A DNA stretch of 64,000 nt from Spirochaetota bacterium (GCA_018262985.1 JADFDI010000002.1:198532-262531), one strand, 5' to 3'. Shown: positions 16,630-26,022, counted from the stretch's first letter. Translations and numbers: made by a program. The notes: generated by a model from the letters alone, not told the origin.

Positions 16630-18732
16630 ATGGCGACGCGTTCCAAGCCCGCCGTTCCCCTGCAACTCAAGCTCGTCGCCCTGGCCCTCGTTCCGGTGGC
16701 GGCGTTTTCGTTCGCCTCGTACCTCGGCTTCGCGAAAAACCTCGCCGACTTCAGGACCGCGTCGAACCAGGTGGCCAACGTGCGGGCCCTGCTCGCGACC
16801 GGACGCCTCGTGCGGGCGGTCCACGACGAACGGAGCGCCTGGGTCAGGGACGCGGCCGCGTCCTACGTATCCGGAACCGATCTCCTCGCCGAAGCAGCGT
16901 CCACGCCATTGCGCGGGTCCACCTTGCCCGCCGCGCGCAAGGATCTGGCCTTCCTCTCGGGCGCCCTCTCGGCCGCCCGGGCCAAGGCGGGGGATCGGAA
17001 CGCGGAAAGCTCGGTCGCGGCATATGACGGGCTCACCGCTTCGCTCAACGCGCTCTCCGCGGCCATAGTCAATCTCCCGACCGCGTACGGAGTCGGCAAG
17101 CAGATGGTCTCCATGGGCGTCGTGCTCATGGCCCGCGACGCGCTGACCCGCTTCCAGGCCTACGCCTCGGAATTCCTCGCGACGGGGGAGGATTCCGACC
17201 TTCTGCACTACCGCTTCGGCGCCACCTGGGGCGCTTTCGTCTTCGAGCTCCGGAGCCCCGCCCTCGTCCTCGGGCCCGCGTCAAGGGAAGCCCTCGCGGC
17301 CTTCCTCGCCTCCGCGGACTACCGTCTGCTTGAATCGGTGGCGACGGGCACGGGCCTGAGCGCGGCCGCCACGTCCGAAGAATGCGTCCCCGCCATGGGG
17401 AATGCGCTCGGCTTCATCGAAGAGCTCATCGAGGCCGAGACCGGACTCATGGACTCGAAGAACGCGCAGGCGCTGGCCTTCTACTCCGGCGAGCTCCGGA
17501 AGACCGTCTTGGTCCTCTCGGCGCTGCTGGCCTTCCAGCTCCTCTTCGTCTGGGCCCTGATCCGCGCCATACGTCGGCCGATCAAGGCGGTGGCCGCCGG
17601 CCTCGAGGAGCTCGCCAAGGGCGGCGCCGACCTGCGCGCCCGCATCGAGGTGCCCGGCCGCGACGAGGTGGCCCGCCTCGCGCTCGCGTTCAACGCCTTC
17701 ATGGGCACGCTCGCCTCGCTGGTCGCGTCGGTCCGGAGCGAGGCGCTCGACACGAGCGCGACCATGGAGGACCTCATGGGAGCGAGCGCGGAAACCCATC
17801 GCGCCGCCGGCTCCATCGCCGAAGCGGTCGAGGGCATCACCGGCCGCCTCGACGAACAGGTCGACGGGGTGGAATCCTCCCGCCGGTCCGTGGAAACGGT
17901 CGCGGACTCGTTGAGCTCGCTCCGCGGCACGATCGCGGACCAGGCGTCGGCCGTGGTCGAGTCCTCCGCGGCGATCGAGCAGATGGTGGCGAACATACAA
18001 AGCGTCACGGCGAACGCCGAGCGCTGCGGCGCGCTCATGGGCGAACTCGTCGAGGCGACCCGGGCGGGCGACCTGACCATGGAGCAGGTTTCGGGCGCGG
18101 GTCGCGAGATCGACCGGAAATCCGAGCTCCTCCTCGAGGCGAACCGCCTCATCGCCACGATCGCGAGCCGGACCAACCTGCTCGCCATGAACGCGGCCAT
18201 CGAGGCGGCCCACGCGGGAGCGGCGGGCTCAGGCTTCGCCGTGGTCGCCGGCGAGATCCGGACCCTGGCCGAATCGGTCAGGGGGCAGTCGAAGGGCATC
18301 AGCGACAACCTCAAGGACATCAGGCTCTCGATCGACGCCATGGTCGGCCGCTCGACGGAGGCGCGCGACGCGTTCAACCTCGTCAAGGGCATGATCGCCA
18401 GCATGAACACGCTCATGGAGGAGATCAAGCGCGCCATGGCCGAACAGAGCGCCGGATCGGGCGAGATCCTCACGGCCATCGCGGGCATCAACGAGGTGAC
18501 CGAGCAAGTGAGAGCCTCCAGCGACGCCATCGACGGCGCGGGACTCTCGCTGCGCGAGGAGGTTTCCGCGCTTTCGACCCGGACCGTCGAGTTGAAGGAC
18601 GCCATGGATTCCGTCAAGGAAAGCGGACGCCTGATCGCAACGGCGACCGGGAAGGCGGAATCGCTGGCCGATAAAGCCCGCCGGCTCGCCGAAGGCACGG
18701 CCGAGGCCGTCGGCCGGTTCATCCTGGAGTAG
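16630..18732 (+). CDS. Methyl-accepting chemotaxis protein (periplasmic sensor + HAMP + MCP signalling domain)
   Basis: N-terminal TM, about 270-aa sensor region, second TM, HAMP. Contains the highly conserved hairpin tip RTNLLAMNAAIEAAHAGAAGSGFAVVAGEIRTLAE. Confidence 0.9.
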   Translation: MATRSKPAVPLQLKLVALALVPVAAFSFASYLGFAKNLADFRTASNQVANVRALLATGRLVRAVHDERSAWVRDAAASYVSGTDLLAEAASTPLRGSTLPAARKDLAFLSGALSAARAKAGDRNAESSVAAYDGLTASLNALSAAIVNLPTAYGVGKQMVSMGVVLMARDALTRFQAYASEFLATGEDSDLLHYRFGATWGAFVFELRSPALVLGPASREALAAFLASADYRLLESVATGTGLSAAATSEECVPAMGNALGFIEELIEAETGLMDSKNAQALAFYSGELRKTVLVLSALLAFQLLFVWALIRAIRRPIKAVAAGLEELAKGGADLRARIEVPGRDEVARLALAFNAFMGTLASLVASVRSEALDTSATMEDLMGASAETHRAAGSIAEAVEGITGRLDEQVDGVESSRRSVETVADSLSSLRGTIADQASAVVESSAAIEQMVANIQSVTANAERCGALMGELVEATRAGDLTMEQVSGAGREIDRKSELLLEANRLIATIASRTNLLAMNAAIEAAHAGAAGSGFAVVAGEIRTLAESVRGQSKGISDNLKDIRLSIDAMVGRSTEARDAFNLVKGMIASMNTLMEEIKRAMAEQSAGSGEILTAIAGINEVTEQVRASSDAIDGAGLSLREEVSALSTRTVELKDAMDSVKESGRLIATATGKAESLADKARRLAEGTAEAVGRFILE

Positions 18733-18738
18733 CCCGCG

Positions 18739-19719
18739 ATGCCAGGCGCCCGCGAAGCCTTGTCCGGTCGGAGCTCGCGCTCCGCGAACGATACGCCGGG
18801 GGGAAGCGCGCTCCGGGACGGCAAGCCCGCCGGTTACGCCTACGCCTTGCTGGCCACGGCTCTCTGGTCGGGCAACATGCTCGTGGCGAGGGCCTTCAAG
18901 GGCGAGATCCCTCCGGTGGCGCTCGCGACCCTGCGCTGGCTCCTCGCGACGGCGGCCTTCGCCCCCTTCGCGCTGCCTTCGCTCGTCCGGGAAAGGAAGG
19001 CGCTTCGCGGCGCCCTCCTCCACGTCGCGGCCACGGGCCTGCTCGGGGTCGCCCTCTTCACGACCCTGGTCTACGTCGCGGGACGCACGACGGCCGCCCT
19101 GAACCTCGGCCTCATCTCGATCACCTTCCCCATCTTCATCATGGTCTTCTCCCGGTTCCTGTTCGGAGAGCGCATACCCGCGCGCCGGGTGGCCGGACTC
19201 GCGGTCGTGATCGCGGGCGTGGTCCTGCTGCTCGCGGACGGGAAGCCGGCGGCCCTCCTCTCGCTCTCCTTCGCGCCCGGCGACCTCGTCATGTTGCTCG
19301 CGTCGGTGGTCTTCGCCGCCTACAGCATCCTGGTCCGCCTCCGGCCGAAGACCCTGGGGCTGACGACCTTCCAGTTCGCGAGCTTCGTGGCGGGACTCGC
19401 CTTCCTCGCGCCTGCCTTCGCGGTCGAGCGCCTTTCGTCGCCGCCGCTTGAGCTCGACTGGAAGATCGCGGGCGCGGTGGCCTACGTCGGGCTCGGCGCC
19501 TCGCTCGCGGCCTTCCTGGCCTGGAACAGGGCCATCGAGCTGGTCGGCGCCACGAAAGCCGGCCTCGTCTACTACTCGCTGCCGGTCTTCTCGGGCTTCA
19601 CCGCTTGGGCCTTCCTCGGCGAGCGGGTCGGCGCGGCGCACGTCGCTTCGGGCGTCCTCGTGCTCGCGGGAATACTCCTCGCGACCCGCGACGCCCGCTC
19701 CCGGCCTCCTCCCGGCTAA
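18739..19719 (+). CDS. DMT-superfamily (EamA-type) transporter
   Basis: Ten hydrophobic segments in two EamA-like halves (LLATALWSGNMLVARA, YYSLPVFSGFTAWAFLGE). Confidence 0.8.
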   Translation: MPGAREALSGRSSRSANDTPGGSALRDGKPAGYAYALLATALWSGNMLVARAFKGEIPPVALATLRWLLATAAFAPFALPSLVRERKALRGALLHVAATGLLGVALFTTLVYVAGRTTAALNLGLISITFPIFIMVFSRFLFGERIPARRVAGLAVVIAGVVLLLADGKPAALLSLSFAPGDLVMLLASVVFAAYSILVRLRPKTLGLTTFQFASFVAGLAFLAPAFAVERLSSPPLELDWKIAGAVAYVGLGASLAAFLAWNRAIELVGATKAGLVYYSLPVFSGFTAWAFLGERVGAAHVASGVLVLAGILLATRDARSRPPPG

Positions 19720-20708
19720 AGCGGCGCGCCCGGGTCGGGCCGCCCGAATTTCGCACGGTACTCGGGCAGTTCGATCATGGGCGGCCGTTCGATCGACGGT
19801 ATCCCGGTCAGCTCGACGCGATGGCGCTCGCCGTCGGTCCTGAGCGCCACATGGGCGCGCTCGAGCTCCCGGAGCGCCTCGACGTCGCCGTAGCGCCGGG
19901 CTCGGGTCATGAAGGTTTCGAGAATGCCGAACGCCATGCGGCCGAGGGCTTCGACGCCCTGGTTCCGGTGGATGCGCAGGTCCAGGTCGACCTGCGCCAT
20001 GGCGCCGATGCCGAAGCGATGGTAGATGTCGACGAGGTGGCCGAGCTCGACCCCGTAGCCCACCGAGAACGGCAGGCATTCGAGCAGCTCGCGCCGGCCC
20101 GCGTACTCGCCGGAGAGCGGCTGCACGAAGCGCGCGAGCTCCGGATAGAAGAGCGAGAAGAGGGGCCGGACGAGGATCTCGGTGACCCGCCCCCCGCCCG
20201 AGGCCTGCAAGCCGGCTTCCGAGCGGAGCGGCCGTTCGTAGAAGGCCTTGACGTAGCCTATCTTCGGATCCTCGAGCAAGGGACCCACGAGGCCGTAGAC
20301 GAACTTCGGCGAGATGTTCTCGATGTCGGCGTCGACCCAGACGACTAGGTCGCCCTCGAGCGCGTAGAGGCTCTTCCAGAGGTTCTCGCCCTTGCCCTTG
20401 TGGAAGCCGCGCTTGGGCAGTATGGAACGCGACTCGAGGACGCGGGCGCCGTAGCGCTCGGCGATCTTCCGCGTCCCGTCCTTCGACCCGGAATCGATCA
20501 CCGCGATCTCGTCGACGAGGGCGCGGCGCTCCATGAGCTCGGTCCGCATGACGAGGATTTCCTTGCCGATGGTGGCTTCCTCGTTCAGGGTGGGGAAGGC
20601 GAGGGATATCTTCACGCCGCGTTCCCGCTTGCGCGCGACGAGCGCGTCGAGGTCCGCGAAGCGCGAATGGTGCCAGGTTCGGGCCAGGAGCGAGTCATGC
20701 GCGCTCAT
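19716..20708 (-). CDS. gpgS: Glucosyl-3-phosphoglycerate synthase (GT-A fold glycosyltransferase)
   Basis: Near-colinear with remembered mycobacterial GpgS: PTLNEEATIG, GKGENLWKSL, VWVDADI, GGGRVTEILVRPL, QPLSGEYAGRRELL, GYGVELGHLVD, RIHRNQ. Confidence 0.85.
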   Translation of the reverse strand: MSAHDSLLARTWHHSRFADLDALVARKRERGVKISLAFPTLNEEATIGKEILVMRTELMERRALVDEIAVIDSGSKDGTRKIAERYGARVLESRSILPKRGFHKGKGENLWKSLYALEGDLVVWVDADIENISPKFVYGLVGPLLEDPKIGYVKAFYERPLRSEAGLQASGGGRVTEILVRPLFSLFYPELARFVQPLSGEYAGRRELLECLPFSVGYGVELGHLVDIYHRFGIGAMAQVDLDLRIHRNQGVEALGRMAFGILETFMTRARRYGDVEALRELERAHVALRTDGERHRVELTGIPSIERPPMIELPEYRAKFGRPDPGAPL

Positions 20709-21910
20709 GAGCCGCCCCCCGCAGGAAAGGAGGCCAGCGCCTTGCCGATGACGAGCTCCGCGAGCTTGTAGCCCGAACCGAGCGTGGCGATCTCCAGCTC
20801 GTCGGACTCGAATCCCTCCGCCGCCTCGGAGACGCCCAGGGACACCGCGGGGATCCCGCGCGAACTCAGGAAGCCGGAAGGGTCGGCGAAGGGCGCCTCG
20901 GCCGCCCGGATCCGGAGTTCCTTCAGCGCCGCCCTGACATGGGCGGCGAGGGGCGCCGACAGCCGGGCGTCCGGCACCGGCAGGCGGCTCGCCTCGGCGA
21001 CCTTCACCGCGACCCCGGAACCCTCGCCGGTCTTCGCGGCCGTGGCCCGCACCGCCTCGACCGCCAGGTCCAGCACGCCCTGGTCGGCGGACTCGAGCTC
21101 GATCTCCACCTCGGCATCGATCGGGGGCCGTCCGAACCCGGAACCCGCTTCCACCTTGACGACCCTGCAGCTCGTCGCGCCGCTCGCGTCCCAGCGCACG
21201 CCTTCGAGCCTGCCTACGAGCTCCGCGGCCAGCGACACGGCCGATGGCGCGGGGGCGCTCCGCTCCGTCCTCGACGTCGTCGCGGCGGAGATCGAGACGG
21301 AGAATCGCGCGGCGCCGAGAAGCTTGGCCGACACGCCGGAAAGCCCGGTCCCCCTGAGCCCGACGGCGGCCTCGGGCCTAGCGCCGATGCCGTCGAGCAG
21401 CCGCGCGTACGCTTCGGCCCCGGTCGACTCGGGCGAGCCGGCGACGAAGGCGAATACGAGGTTCCGCGAGGAGCCGAAGACGCCGGCGGCGGCGGCCTCG
21501 GCAAGGCCCAGGAGGACCGCGGCGGGAAGCGCGTCCGCGAGCCCGGCTCCGCGGGCCACCGCCGCGCCGAGGCGCGAGAGGCTCCGGAGCGGGTGCCAGC
21601 GCCTGGTGCCGAGGCAGGCGTGGACCAGCACCGGGCTCGGGTCGCGGGAACCCGGCCCGGGGAAGACCACGACCGCGTTCCCGTCCCCGTCGACGCTGCA
21701 GTCGATGCCGGCGCGCTTGAGTCGCTCCACGACGTATTGCATCCGGGGCTCCTCGCGCGCGACCGGCGAGGGGAGCTCCGCGATCCTGACCGCGTCCGCG
21801 AGCAGGCCGTCCGCGGGAGGCCGCGCTTTCCCGAAGGGCGACTTGAAGCCGCGCCTGAGCGACGCGAACGCTTTCGAAAAGAAGGCCTTGAGCGCGTGCA
21901 TCGACCTCAT
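20705..21910 (-). CDS. M20/M28 peptidase-like protein, apparently degenerate active site
   Basis: Overall M20-like layout with a dimerisation-type insert. The positions where I expect HxD and the (D/E)EE motif read HACLG and GSPESTG. Its TGA overlaps the gpgS ATG (ATGA). Confidence 0.55.
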   Translation of the reverse strand: MRSMHALKAFFSKAFASLRRGFKSPFGKARPPADGLLADAVRIAELPSPVAREEPRMQYVVERLKRAGIDCSVDGDGNAVVVFPGPGSRDPSPVLVHACLGTRRWHPLRSLSRLGAAVARGAGLADALPAAVLLGLAEAAAAGVFGSSRNLVFAFVAGSPESTGAEAYARLLDGIGARPEAAVGLRGTGLSGVSAKLLGAARFSVSISAATTSRTERSAPAPSAVSLAAELVGRLEGVRWDASGATSCRVVKVEAGSGFGRPPIDAEVEIELESADQGVLDLAVEAVRATAAKTGEGSGVAVKVAEASRLPVPDARLSAPLAAHVRAALKELRIRAAEAPFADPSGFLSSRGIPAVSLGVSEAAEGFESDELEIATLGSGYKLAELVIGKALASFPAGGGS

Positions 21911-22045
21911 CCGTCCTCCTTCGGGCAGAACCCGCGTCGCCCCGGAAGGCCATTATAAGGCCAATCCGGGCTCGCCGCTTCCTCAATGACGCCAAGCGTA
22001 GTAGAATGCCGGTCCGGCCTCACCGTTCGCCGGGCGGGGATATTC

Positions 22046-22678
22046 ATGATCGAGTACATCGTGGCGCACAACATCGACGGACGCTCGCTCCGGAAGGCGG
22101 CGGGCCTGCTCGCCTCCGGCGGGCTCGCGGCCTTCCCGACGGACACGAGCTGGAGCGTCGGCTGCTCCATTTCCTCCAAGGAAGGCATCGCGCGCCTCAA
22201 GAAACTCTCCGGCAAGGACGCGCTCTCCCCGCTCACCGTGGTGTGCTCGGAGCTGAGCCAGGTCTCCGAACTCTGCGAGCTGCCGACCTCCTCGTTCCGG
22301 GAGCTCAAGCGCCTGGTGCCCGGTCCCTACGTCTTCGTCCTGCCGTCCACCAACCGGGCGGCCCGCGACTTCGACCTCCGCCGCGGGGAGCTCGGGGTAC
22401 GCATACCCTCCAACCCCGTTCCCGCGGCCCTCGTGGAAGCGCTCGGCGAGCCGCTCCTCACCGTGACCGCGAAACGCACCATGATCGGCATGGACGAGGC
22501 CGACGCCGATTTCCCCGAGGAGCTCCTCTTCGTGTCCGGATGGGAGGTGGAGGAGATACCGGGCGTCGACCTCGTGCTCGACACCGGGGAGGAACTCGAG
22601 CGCGGCTTCTCCACCGTGCTCGACCTGCGCTCGGGCGATGTGACGGTGCTCCGCGCGGGAGCGGGACGCTATCCTTAA
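22046..22678 (+). CDS. tsaC: L-threonylcarbamoyladenylate synthase (YrdC/TsaC domain)
   Basis: Start MIEYIVAHN (Met21 of track ORF). Contains FPTDTSWSVGC, ARLKKLSGKD, PGPYVFVL and LGVRIPSNPV. Confidence 0.8.
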   Translation: MIEYIVAHNIDGRSLRKAAGLLASGGLAAFPTDTSWSVGCSISSKEGIARLKKLSGKDALSPLTVVCSELSQVSELCELPTSSFRELKRLVPGPYVFVLPSTNRAARDFDLRRGELGVRIPSNPVPAALVEALGEPLLTVTAKRTMIGMDEADADFPEELLFVSGWEVEEIPGVDLVLDTGEELERGFSTVLDLRSGDVTVLRAGAGRYP

Positions 22679-22878
22679 AAGCCGCTCCGATCGAAGCCTT
22701 CCCCGCCGCCCCGACCCGAAGCGCTTCCGTAAGCCTCCGGTAACCTTCCCGGCACCGCGGCCCCCTTGCGGATTCCCCGCCGGGACAATATGCTGGGCGC
22801 GCTTCCGTACCGGAAGCCGTTTCCGCGCACGGTCACGCTCCGCGCGCGGCCTACGAATCTTCCCCCATTGGACAGGTT

Positions 22879-23589
22879 ATGAAGAAGATACTCTTCCTCG
22901 CCCTCGTCGCCCTCGTCGCGTTCGGATCCTGCGCCACCAAGGACGGCGAAGCCGTCGCCGCCTCCGGCGCGCCTTCCAAGGCCGACACCTCCTACGCCTT
23001 CGGCGTGGCCATCGGCAACTCCATCAAGGAGACCGAGGTCGAAATCGACTACAAGGCCTTCCTCGACGGCGTCAAGGCCGTGCTCGAGGGCAAGGAACCC
23101 AAGGTCACCCTCGACGAGGCCGGCGAGACCATCCAGATCGCCATCGAGGCCGCCATGGAGAAGAAGGGCGAGCAGTCGAAGGCCGCCGAGACCGCGTTCT
23201 TCGCCGAGAACGGCAAGAACCCCGGAATCTTCACCACGGCGAGCGGCCTCCAGTACGAGGTGATCACCGAGGGCGCGGGCGCCAAGCCCGGACCGACCGA
23301 CGTCGTCACCGTGCACTACGTCGGCACCTTCCTCGACGGCGAGGAGTTCGACAGCTCCGTCGCCCGCGACGAACCGGCTACCTTCCCCCTCGACCAGGTC
23401 ATCGACGGCTGGTCCGAGGCCGTCCAGCTCATGACCGTGGGCGCGAAGTACCGCTTCTGGCTCCCCTCCGAGCTTGCCTACGGCGCCGACGGCGCCGGCG
23501 GCGTCATTCCGCCGTATTCGACCCTCATCTTCGAGGTCGAGCTCCTCGAGTTCGAGGAAGCCGCGGCCGCAGAAGCCATCGTCGAGTAA
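22879..23589 (+). CDS. FKBP-type peptidyl-prolyl isomerase (FkpA/Mip-like) lipoprotein
   Basis: Signal peptide plus Cys (LVAFGSC). N-terminal helical dimerisation region. FKBP core: VTVHYVGTFLDGEEFDSS, VIDGWSEA, GGVIPPYSTLIFEVELL. Confidence 0.9.
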   Translation: MKKILFLALVALVAFGSCATKDGEAVAASGAPSKADTSYAFGVAIGNSIKETEVEIDYKAFLDGVKAVLEGKEPKVTLDEAGETIQIAIEAAMEKKGEQSKAAETAFFAENGKNPGIFTTASGLQYEVITEGAGAKPGPTDVVTVHYVGTFLDGEEFDSSVARDEPATFPLDQVIDGWSEAVQLMTVGAKYRFWLPSELAYGADGAGGVIPPYSTLIFEVELLEFEEAAAAEAIVE

Positions 23590-23603
23590 GCGACAGCCCC
23601 GCC

Positions 23604-23636
23604 GGGCGCCGGATCGCATCATGGATTCCGGCGCCC
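23604..23636 (+). terminator. Hairpin after the FKBP gene (possible terminator, no U-tract)
   Basis: GGGCGCCGGA and TCCGGCGCCC form a perfect 10-bp stem with a 13-nt loop, 15 nt after the TAA. Confidence 0.3.
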
Positions 23637-23670
23637 CTCGGCGCCCCCTCGGCGCCCCCTCGGCGCGCCT
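23629..23670. repeat. Short tandem repeat, four units of CGGCGCCCC(C)T
   Basis: Units of 10, 11, 11 and 10 nt read directly in the convergent FKBP/PAP2 spacer. On the minus strand this gives phased G4-5 tracts. Confidence 0.6.
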
Positions 23671-23684
23671 TCCCGCCCGACGCC

Positions 23685-24212
23685 TCAGGCGGGCGGGAAG
23701 GGCAGGCCGAGCGCGACGGCGCCGAACAGTCCGCCGAGCGCCCAGCCCGCGAGCACGTCGCTCGCGTGGTGCACCCCCAGCGCCACCCTCGAGGCGCCCA
23801 CCGCGAGCGACCACGCGAGCAAGGCGGCGACGGCGACGGGGCCGACGCCCGCCGAGAGCGCCGCGACCGCGATGGCCATGGTCCGCGCCGCGTGCCCCGA
23901 CGGGAACGAGTGCGGATCCGTCCGCCGGTAGATTCCTCCCCAATCGCCCTCGGGCCGCTTCCGACGGAACAGGTACTTGGCGCCCGTCGCGACCAAGGTG
24001 GCAGCGAGCGCCGCGGCCAGGGTCCGGAAGGCGCCGCCGCCCGGCACGAATCCCGTTTCCAGGTACCACCACGCCGCGAGCGCCGGAAAATCGACCAAAG
24101 AATCCCCTGAATGCGCGAGCGCGGCGAGAGCGGCGCGGCCGGCGCGACGTTCGGCGAGCGGCCGGAGGCGGACGGAGAGCGCCTCGTCGAGCCCGAGGAA
24201 GAAGCGCCTCAC
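23685..24212 (-). CDS. PAP2-family lipid phosphatase/phosphotransferase
   Basis: GTG start overlaps the upstream TGA (GTGA). All three PAP2 motifs are present: KYLFRRKRP, PSGH, SRVALGVHHASD. Confidence 0.8.
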   Translation of the reverse strand: MRRFFLGLDEALSVRLRPLAERRAGRAALAALAHSGDSLVDFPALAAWWYLETGFVPGGGAFRTLAAALAATLVATGAKYLFRRKRPEGDWGGIYRRTDPHSFPSGHAARTMAIAVAALSAGVGPVAVAALLAWSLAVGASRVALGVHHASDVLAGWALGGLFGAVALGLPFPPA

Positions 24213-24976
24213 GAGCGTTCCCGCAGGAAGCGCTCGAGCAGGGCGTGCTGGAAGGGCTTGTCCACGTCCATGCCGAGCTCGGCGTGCGGGCAATCGAGAG
24301 CCCTGCCGCGGAAACCGAGGCGCGCGCTCGCGATGCGGACCGCGTCGCCGACCGAGAGCCGACGGAGGAGCAGGCGGAGGAGGACGTCGACGCCCACGGC
24401 CAGCGCGATGCGCGCGGCGCTCTTCCTCCCGGCCGTCAAGCGATCCCATATCGGACCGGACCCCGCCAGAGCGGCCGGCCGGATGACGGTCAGGTCGCCC
24501 CCGCAGACCTCGCGGTCGCGGAAGCGGATGTAACTCCGCCCCGAGCCGGGGAAGCTCCGTTCCATCGTCGACCGGTCGATCACCGAGTAATAGAAGTCGT
24601 CCTCCGACTCGAGGGCGCTGTCGACGACCCAGGCGACGTGGGCGGGAAGCAGGGCGGGCACGTCGACGCTGGCGAGCAGTACGAGCGGCCCGCCCCCCGC
24701 GGCCAGCAAGGCCTCGGCGCCGGAGCGCGCGTTCGCGAAGATGGACTGGGAGTCGGGCAGCCAGGCCGTGATTTTCGAAGAACGAAGGCCGCACTCCGGC
24801 GGAAGGCCGGCCACGGCCACGCGCGTCACGCGATCCGAGGCCTCGAGCGCGTCGAGTACCCACTGCGCCATGGGCTTCCCCGCGATGGGCAGCAAGGCCT
24901 TCGGCCGTTCGCCCGAGAGCGCGCGGAGGGGATCGGCGGGGTTCGACCCGCCGCCCGCGAGCAGCACCGCGTCCAT
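24209..24976 (-). CDS. Nucleotidyltransferase (MobA-like NTP-transferase fold)
   Basis: Starts MDAVLLAGGGSNP...KALLPIAGKPMAQWVLDAL, a typical sugar/alcohol-phosphate nucleotidylyltransferase N-terminus. Its ATG shares 1 nt with the upstream stop. Confidence 0.75.
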   Translation of the reverse strand: MDAVLLAGGGSNPADPLRALSGERPKALLPIAGKPMAQWVLDALEASDRVTRVAVAGLPPECGLRSSKITAWLPDSQSIFANARSGAEALLAAGGGPLVLLASVDVPALLPAHVAWVVDSALESEDDFYYSVIDRSTMERSFPGSGRSYIRFRDREVCGGDLTVIRPAALAGSGPIWDRLTAGRKSAARIALAVGVDVLLRLLLRRLSVGDAVRIASARLGFRGRALDCPHAELGMDVDKPFQHALLERFLRERS

Positions 24977-25875
24977 CAGGAGAGCTCCCGGAATTCCGGT
25001 CCTATGCCTGCGCGGTCGATGAAGTCGGCGAGCTCCGGGTCTTCGAGGACGCGGCCCTTCCCGGCCGCCGCGACGAGGGCGGCCTCGAGGGCGTTCGTTC
25101 CGAAGCTGCGCCCTTCGAGCACCGGCGTGGTCGTCACGAGGTACTTCACCCCCCGCTCGCGCATGAACGCCACGTCCGCCTCGGTGGTGGTATTGGTGAC
25201 GATCGTCTTGCCCTCCATGTCGAGGGGCATGTGCTTCCTGATGTATAGCCAGTCGCCCGCGACGACGGATGCCTCGCGGAAGAAGCGCTCGTACTTCGGC
25301 TCGTTGCTTTCCTGGGCTTCGCCGGTGGAGTAGAGCATGGAGATGGGCAAGCGCCCGACCACCGGCAGCAGGATGCGGGCGGCCCGGTCGAGCCCGCGCA
25401 GGGAACGGATGGGAAAGGGCAGGCCGAGGGCGAACATGAGGTCGCCGAAGACGCAGTCCCAGCCCGCTTCCACGAAGGCCCGGGTCATGCCGTAGCGCGA
25501 GATGCCCTCCACCAGGAAAGCCCTGCCGTTCCCGAAGCGCTTTCCCAGCCGGCCTTCGAGGAAGGGGACCACCCGCGACTCGAGCACGGTCTTGAGGTGG
25601 CGCCCGTCGGTGTACGGCGTGGCGCGCAGGTTCCGAACGAGGTTCACGCCGGAGCGGAGCGGGTACTCCCGCCACGGCAGGCGGAGATAGAGCTCGACGC
25701 CGCCGACGCCGAGCGCGTCCACCTTGCCGTCCAGCTCCTCGAACAGGGCTTGGGCCCGCTTCTCGTCGCCGTCCGTGCCGCGGCGCTCCAAAAGGACGCT
25801 CGTACCCGCGAGCTCGATTTCGACCGACTTGTCCCGCTTCGACGAACCGAGGCTGACGCTCACCGCCCGTTTCAT
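24976..25875 (-). CDS. Conserved hypothetical protein; I recall this family often being auto-annotated as quinate 5-dehydrogenase, function unproven
   Basis: Starts MKRAVSVSLGSSKRDKSVEIELAGTSVLLERRGTDGDEKRA, 299 aa. The family call is from memory and has low functional confidence. Confidence 0.55.
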   Translation of the reverse strand: MKRAVSVSLGSSKRDKSVEIELAGTSVLLERRGTDGDEKRAQALFEELDGKVDALGVGGVELYLRLPWREYPLRSGVNLVRNLRATPYTDGRHLKTVLESRVVPFLEGRLGKRFGNGRAFLVEGISRYGMTRAFVEAGWDCVFGDLMFALGLPFPIRSLRGLDRAARILLPVVGRLPISMLYSTGEAQESNEPKYERFFREASVVAGDWLYIRKHMPLDMEGKTIVTNTTTEADVAFMRERGVKYLVTTTPVLEGRSFGTNALEAALVAAAGKGRVLEDPELADFIDRAGIGPEFRELS

Positions 25876-25911
25876 GGAACCTCCCCGCGATTGGGCTTCT
25901 TCGTCCGGGAG

Positions 25912-25917
25912 TATAAT
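25912..25917 (+). promoter_or_regulatory. Perfect TATAAT -10 hexamer in the divergent region of the lipid cluster
   Basis: GGGAGTATAATCCC lies 105 nt upstream of ATG 26023. No good -35 was found. Confidence 0.25.
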
Positions 25918-26022
25918 CCCGCCCGGAGGCGCCGACAATCGCGGCCCGTCGGGGACGCGCAGCGGTCGATCGGCCGTCCAGCCCGGTTGACCGCCGCCTG
26001 AACCGGGCCTACGATCGTTCCC

